64,000 nt of DNA, from positions 9,054-73,053 of the forward strand of contig CAZSKP010000022.1 in the NCBI GenBank assembly GCA_964607485.1. Reading direction: 5' to 3'. Shown piece after piece: positions 60,436-64,000 of the stretch; the first letter of the stretch is position 1; each line of letters starts with the position of its first letter. The position numbers and the translations under genes are program-made. This DNA is from an uncultured bacterium. GTDB lineage: Bacteria; Abyssobacteria; SURF-5. The notes beneath the pieces were generated by a model. It was not told the origin of the DNA and did not search any database. It was given only the letters and a program-made list of their open reading frames with translations.

Positions 60436-60774
60436 CTACCGCTCCTTTTCGTCCAGTTCGATGGTTATGTGGCTCGTGCGCTTCAGCACCCTTACCGCTC
60501 GTCCATGGGGCGCGGGCCTGAACCGTTTGAGCGCCGGCCCGCCGTCCACGGTGACCTTGCTGACGTACAGGTTGTCCACGTTTACGTCGTCCCTCTGTTC
60601 CGCGTTCGAGATGGCCGATTTGAGCACGCGCTCGAGGGTTTTCGCCGCGCCCTTAGGCGTGAAGCGAAGCATGCTGAGCGCCTCGTTGGTGTGTTTGCCG
60701 CGTATGAGGTCGGCGACCAACCTGCCCTTTCGCGGTGTAACTCGTAAGAACCGGCCTCTTGCCTTCGCTATCAT
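60436..60774 (-). CDS. rplV: 50S ribosomal protein L22
   Basis: PRKGRLVADLIRG, SAISNA, KRTSHIT. Confidence 0.97.
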   Translation of the reverse strand: MIAKARGRFLRVTPRKGRLVADLIRGKHTNEALSMLRFTPKGAAKTLERVLKSAISNAEQRDDVNVDNLYVSKVTVDGGPALKRFRPAPHGRAVRVLKRTSHITIELDEKER

Positions 60775-60805
60775 GATGACTGCTCCATGAAGGGCGTGTC
60801 TCCGT

Positions 60806-61096
60806 TCAGGCCTTCCTGCGAATGGCGCTTGCCTTCTCGGCCCCGCCGTGCGCACGGAAGAACCGGGTAGGAGCGAATTCGCCCAGCTTGTGTCCGACCA
60901 TGTTCTCGGTGATGTACACGGGCAGAAACTTCTTCCCGTTGTATACGGCGAGCGTCAGGCCCACCATCTCCGGAACTATCGTGGAGCGGCGCGACCAGGT
61001 ACGAATGACCTTTTTGTCGCCCGTCGCCTGGTGGCGGAGCACCTTCTTCGACAGGTGTTCGTCCACGAACGGTCCTTTTTTTATCGAGCGCGCCAC
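60806..61096 (-). CDS. rpsS: 30S ribosomal protein S19
   Basis: [25 protein letters not shown]. Confidence 0.98.
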   Translation of the reverse strand: MARSIKKGPFVDEHLSKKVLRHQATGDKKVIRTWSRRSTIVPEMVGLTLAVYNGKKFLPVYITENMVGHKLGEFAPTRFFRAHGGAEKASAIRRKA

Positions 61097-61115
61097 GTGT
61101 CGGCCTCCGAAATGT

Positions 61116-61946
61116 TTATCCTTTTCTGCCCTTTATGATGTACTTGCTCGACGGCTTCGATTTCTTCCGCGTCTTGAATCCCTTCGTCGGCTTGCCCCAG
61201 GGTGAGCAGGGATGCCGTCCGCCCGAGGCCTTGCCCTCGCCGCCCCCCAGCGGATGGTCGACCGGATTCATGGCGACGCCCCGTACACGGGGCCTCCTGC
61301 CGAGCCATCGCGCCCTGCCTGCCTTGCCGAGCGATATGTTTTCGTGCTCGATGTTGCCCAACTGTCCGATGGTGGCCCGACAGACGACGGGTATGAGCCT
61401 CACTTCCCCCGAGGGGAGCTTCACATGAGCGTGGGCGCCCTCTTTCGCGACAAGCTGAGCGCCGGCGCCCGCGGTGCGCGCCAATTGGCCTCCTTTGCCG
61501 GGCTTCATCTCGATGTTGTGGATGATCGTGCCGAGCGGGATGTTGGCAATCGGCAGGGCGTTGCCCACGAGAATTTCTGATTGCGGTCCCGAGAAAACCG
61601 TCGCCCCGACTTCGAGGTATAATGGCGCGAGGATGTAGCGTTTCTCGCCGTCCGGATACTGTATGAGCGCAATCCGGCAGGTGCGGTTCGGGTCGTATTC
61701 CACCGCCTTAACGGTGCCCGGTATGCCGTCCTTGTCCCGTTTGAAGTCTATCGCACGATGCTTTCTCTTGTGGCCGCCGCCCCTGTGGCGCACCGTCATC
61801 CGGCCGAGCGTGTTCCGACCGCCGCAGCTCTTGAGCCCCTTGGTGAGCGCCTTCTCGGGCTTTTTCCCGCTTGTCAGCTCGTCGAAAGTCGAACCCGTCT
61901 TGAAGCGCTGAGCCGGAGTTCTTGGAGAATATTTCTTTATAGCCAT
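61116..61946 (-). CDS. rplB: 50S ribosomal protein L2
   Basis: [23 protein letters not shown]. Confidence 0.98.
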   Translation of the reverse strand: MAIKKYSPRTPAQRFKTGSTFDELTSGKKPEKALTKGLKSCGGRNTLGRMTVRHRGGGHKRKHRAIDFKRDKDGIPGTVKAVEYDPNRTCRIALIQYPDGEKRYILAPLYLEVGATVFSGPQSEILVGNALPIANIPLGTIIHNIEMKPGKGGQLARTAGAGAQLVAKEGAHAHVKLPSGEVRLIPVVCRATIGQLGNIEHENISLGKAGRARWLGRRPRVRGVAMNPVDHPLGGGEGKASGGRHPCSPWGKPTKGFKTRKKSKPSSKYIIKGRKG

Positions 61947-61962
61947 TTCGGTCTCTTCCTGT

Positions 61963-62247
61963 TTAGAACAGCTCTATCCGGTCGCCCTCTTTCAGGGTAA
62001 CGATGGCCTTTTTCCAGTCGGGTGTCTGGCCGACTTGAATGCGAACGCGCTTCTTCTTGCCCGACACCCGCATCGTTCTCACTTTGACGACGGTGACCTT
62101 AAAGAGCTCCTCGACCGCGCTTTTTATCTGAATCTTGTTGGCATCGGTGGCGACATTGAACACGTACTTGTTCTGTCTCTCGCTCAGAATGGTCGCCTTT
62201 TCCGAGATTACCGGCTTTTTTATTATCCTGTACGGATCGTATTTCAT
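61963..62247 (-). CDS. rplW: 50S ribosomal protein L23
   Basis: [24 protein letters not shown]. Confidence 0.98.
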   Translation of the reverse strand: MKYDPYRIIKKPVISEKATILSERQNKYVFNVATDANKIQIKSAVEELFKVTVVKVRTMRVSGKKKRVRIQVGQTPDWKKAIVTLKEGDRIELF

Positions 62248-62867
62248 GAAAGCTTTTTTTCCAGCGCCTCGACCGCCGACTTGGTCAAGAGCAGCTTCTT
62301 GTGGCTTATGATGTCGAGTGCCCCCAGGGAATCTGCGTACGTCTGTGTTACGCCGGGAATGTTCCTTGCCGACAGGTGCGCATTCTTATCCGGCTCGCCG
62401 GTCACAATCAGGCAGCTTTCCGAGATATCGAGCCGTCTGAGAATCGTCAGAAGCTCCTTTGTCTTGGGCGCATCGAGCTTAAGCTCGTTGAGCACGACAA
62501 GCTGGCCCGTCCTCAACTTTTCGGCAAGCAGCGACTTGAGCGCTTTCCTGCGGAGTTTCGGGGACGCCTTCTTCGAATAGTCGCGGGGATGAGGGCCGAA
62601 CGTGGTTCCTCCGCCCCTCCAGTGGGGCGATTTCCCACTCCCTATTCGAGCGCGGCCGGTGCCTTTCTGCCTCCAGAGCTTGCGGGTGCTGCCCGCCACG
62701 TCGCTCCGTTCCTTCGTGGCCGCGGTGCCCTGGCGAAGGTTGGCTTGCTGCGCCACCGCCACCTGGTGCACAACGGGCGCGCTTGGAGTTTCCCCGAACA
62801 CTTTGTCGTTCAACTCCACTTTGCCCAGTTGAGAGCCGTTTGTAGCGAAAAGGACGGCCTCAGCCAT
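62244..62867 (-). CDS. rplD: 50S ribosomal protein L4
   Basis: RQGT, WRQKGTGRAR.GS, GGG..FGP. Confidence 0.98.
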   Translation of the reverse strand: MAEAVLFATNGSQLGKVELNDKVFGETPSAPVVHQVAVAQQANLRQGTAATKERSDVAGSTRKLWRQKGTGRARIGSGKSPHWRGGGTTFGPHPRDYSKKASPKLRRKALKSLLAEKLRTGQLVVLNELKLDAPKTKELLTILRRLDISESCLIVTGEPDKNAHLSARNIPGVTQTYADSLGALDIISHKKLLLTKSAVEALEKKLS

Positions 62868-62868
62868 T

Positions 62869-63519
62869 TCAGCTCTTTCCTTTCACCTTCTTGCCGGGTC
62901 CTTTGACCGCTTTGCGGACCTCGACGATGCTGCCGTTGGGCCCGGGAACCGCGCCCCGAACAAACAACAGGTTCTTCTCTCCATCCACCTTTACGACTTT
63001 CAGGCTCTGCACGGTACGCGCCACTCCGCCCATCTGTCCGGGCATTCCCTGGCCTTTCCACACCTCCGAGGGAAATGCGCACTGGCCGATGGCGCCGACG
63101 CGCCTGTGCGAGGTGTGCCCGTGGCTGGCCGGGCCTCCGCCGAAGCGGTACCGCCGGACGACGCCCGCAAAACCCCGTCCCTTTGTGGTTCCCCTGACGT
63201 CAACGAGGTCTCCCTGCTTGAAGACATCCACCTTCACTTCGGCGCCCTCGGCGAGCTCGGGCGAGGAGGCGAGGGAGAATTCCCGCAGATGACGCCTGGG
63301 CGCGGCGCCTGACCGTTTGAAATGGCCCCGAAGCGGCTTTGTCACGTTGCGCTTCTTCTCTTCGAACCCCAATTGAACCGCATCGTAGCCGTCGCGCTCT
63401 CTGTTCTTCATCTGGACAGCGACACAGGGACCCGCCTGTATGATCGTCACGGGAGTCAGGTCTCCATCTTCCGTGAACACCTGGGACATCCCCAATTTTT
63501 TACCCAGCAATCCAAACAC
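62869..63519 (-). CDS. rplC: 50S ribosomal protein L3
   Basis: GKKLGMSQ, DGY.AVQLG, KGRGFAG, GAVPG. Confidence 0.98.
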   Translation of the reverse strand: MFGLLGKKLGMSQVFTEDGDLTPVTIIQAGPCVAVQMKNRERDGYDAVQLGFEEKKRNVTKPLRGHFKRSGAAPRRHLREFSLASSPELAEGAEVKVDVFKQGDLVDVRGTTKGRGFAGVVRRYRFGGGPASHGHTSHRRVGAIGQCAFPSEVWKGQGMPGQMGGVARTVQSLKVVKVDGEKNLLFVRGAVPGPNGSIVEVRKAVKGPGKKVKGKS

Positions 63520-63615
63520 GTGCTTGCCCTTTCATTCCGGCCGGCAATTCCGCCGCTCCGGATGACCCCACGGTTTCGCACTCGAAATTCGCAGCCACAG
63601 GAATCCGCTAGAGAA

Positions 63616-63927
63616 TCAGAGCTTTATCTCAACGTTGACACCCGCCGGCAGGTCCAGCTTCATCAGTGCGTCGACGGTCTGTGTCGTTGGCTCGATTATG
63701 TCGATCAGACGCTTGTGCGTGCGTATCTCGAACTGCTCGCGAGACTTTTTGTCAACGTGGGGCGAACGCAGAACGGTGATGACGCTCCGCGAGGTCGGCA
63801 GGGGAATGGGGCCGGCCACCTTGGCTCCCGTCCGCCTGCATGTATCCACTATCTCGCTCGTGGACTGGTCGAGTACTCTGTGATCGTAAGCCTTAAGCCT
63901 GATCCTGATTTTTTGGCTATCCGCCAT
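63616..63927 (-). CDS. rpsJ: 30S ribosomal protein S10
   Basis: [29 protein letters not shown]. Confidence 0.98.
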   Translation of the reverse strand: MADSQKIRIRLKAYDHRVLDQSTSEIVDTCRRTGAKVAGPIPLPTSRSVITVLRSPHVDKKSREQFEIRTHKRLIDIIEPTTQTVDALMKLDLPAGVNVEIKL

Positions 63928-63946
63928 ATTCTTGCCTGCCCCGGCC

Positions 63947-64000
63947 CTATTCGATGACTTCGGAGACGACGCCCGCGCCGACGGTGCGGCCGCCCTCGCG
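63947..64000 (-). CDS. tuf: Elongation factor Tu, C-terminal fragment
   Basis: Manual translation [21 protein letters not shown], directly upstream of rpsJ. Confidence 0.93.
   Translation of the reverse strand, partial: REGGRTVGAGVVSEVIE

Noticed and set aside
49031-63957. Many long plus-strand ORFs across the ribosomal operon
   Set aside because: Antisense to unambiguous ribosomal, secY and rpoA genes.
48715-64000. Genome-wide TAG or TGA reassignment
   Set aside because: Conserved proteins end at the expected residues with TAG (rpsN, rpmJ, tuf) and TGA (rpsK, rplN).
1-64000. CRISPR arrays, tRNA/rRNA genes, transposases or prophage genes
   Set aside because: No regularly spaced repeats, cloverleaf/rRNA signatures, or transposase/phage motifs were seen by eye; a covariance-model scan was not run.

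Overview
High-GC bacterial chromosomal window, mostly core genome. The right ~16 kb (48715-64000, minus strand) is the S10-spc-alpha ribosomal superoperon, running from the 3' end of tuf to rplQ. It lacks rpmD, and rpsK carries an in-frame TAG. The left part holds a NYN-topA-xerC-hslV operon with no adjacent hslU, at least seven GT-C-like polytopic membrane glycosyltransferases (two form a recent mosaic tandem duplication), uvrA, pcm, a GshA-type glutamate-cysteine ligase, rfbD, HU and assorted enzymes. The standout is a stand-alone, AT-richer 1478-aa gene (9660-14096). It has the full SAMD9-type architecture (Sir2-like, non-canonical STAND NTPase, TPR, OB fold) but carries an apparently intact kinase/phosphotransferase-like N-terminal domain, making it a candidate kinase-effector antiviral STAND protein. 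Signals the ORF track misses include a UGA/SECIS-recoded UshA-like multiheme selenoprotein (43251-44648), an MFS gene probably starting at ATT, two small ORFs, a sigma-54 promoter and a REP-like palindrome. A four-gene signalling cluster also has complementary degenerate kinase modules. All family calls come from motif recognition by eye; no searches were run.
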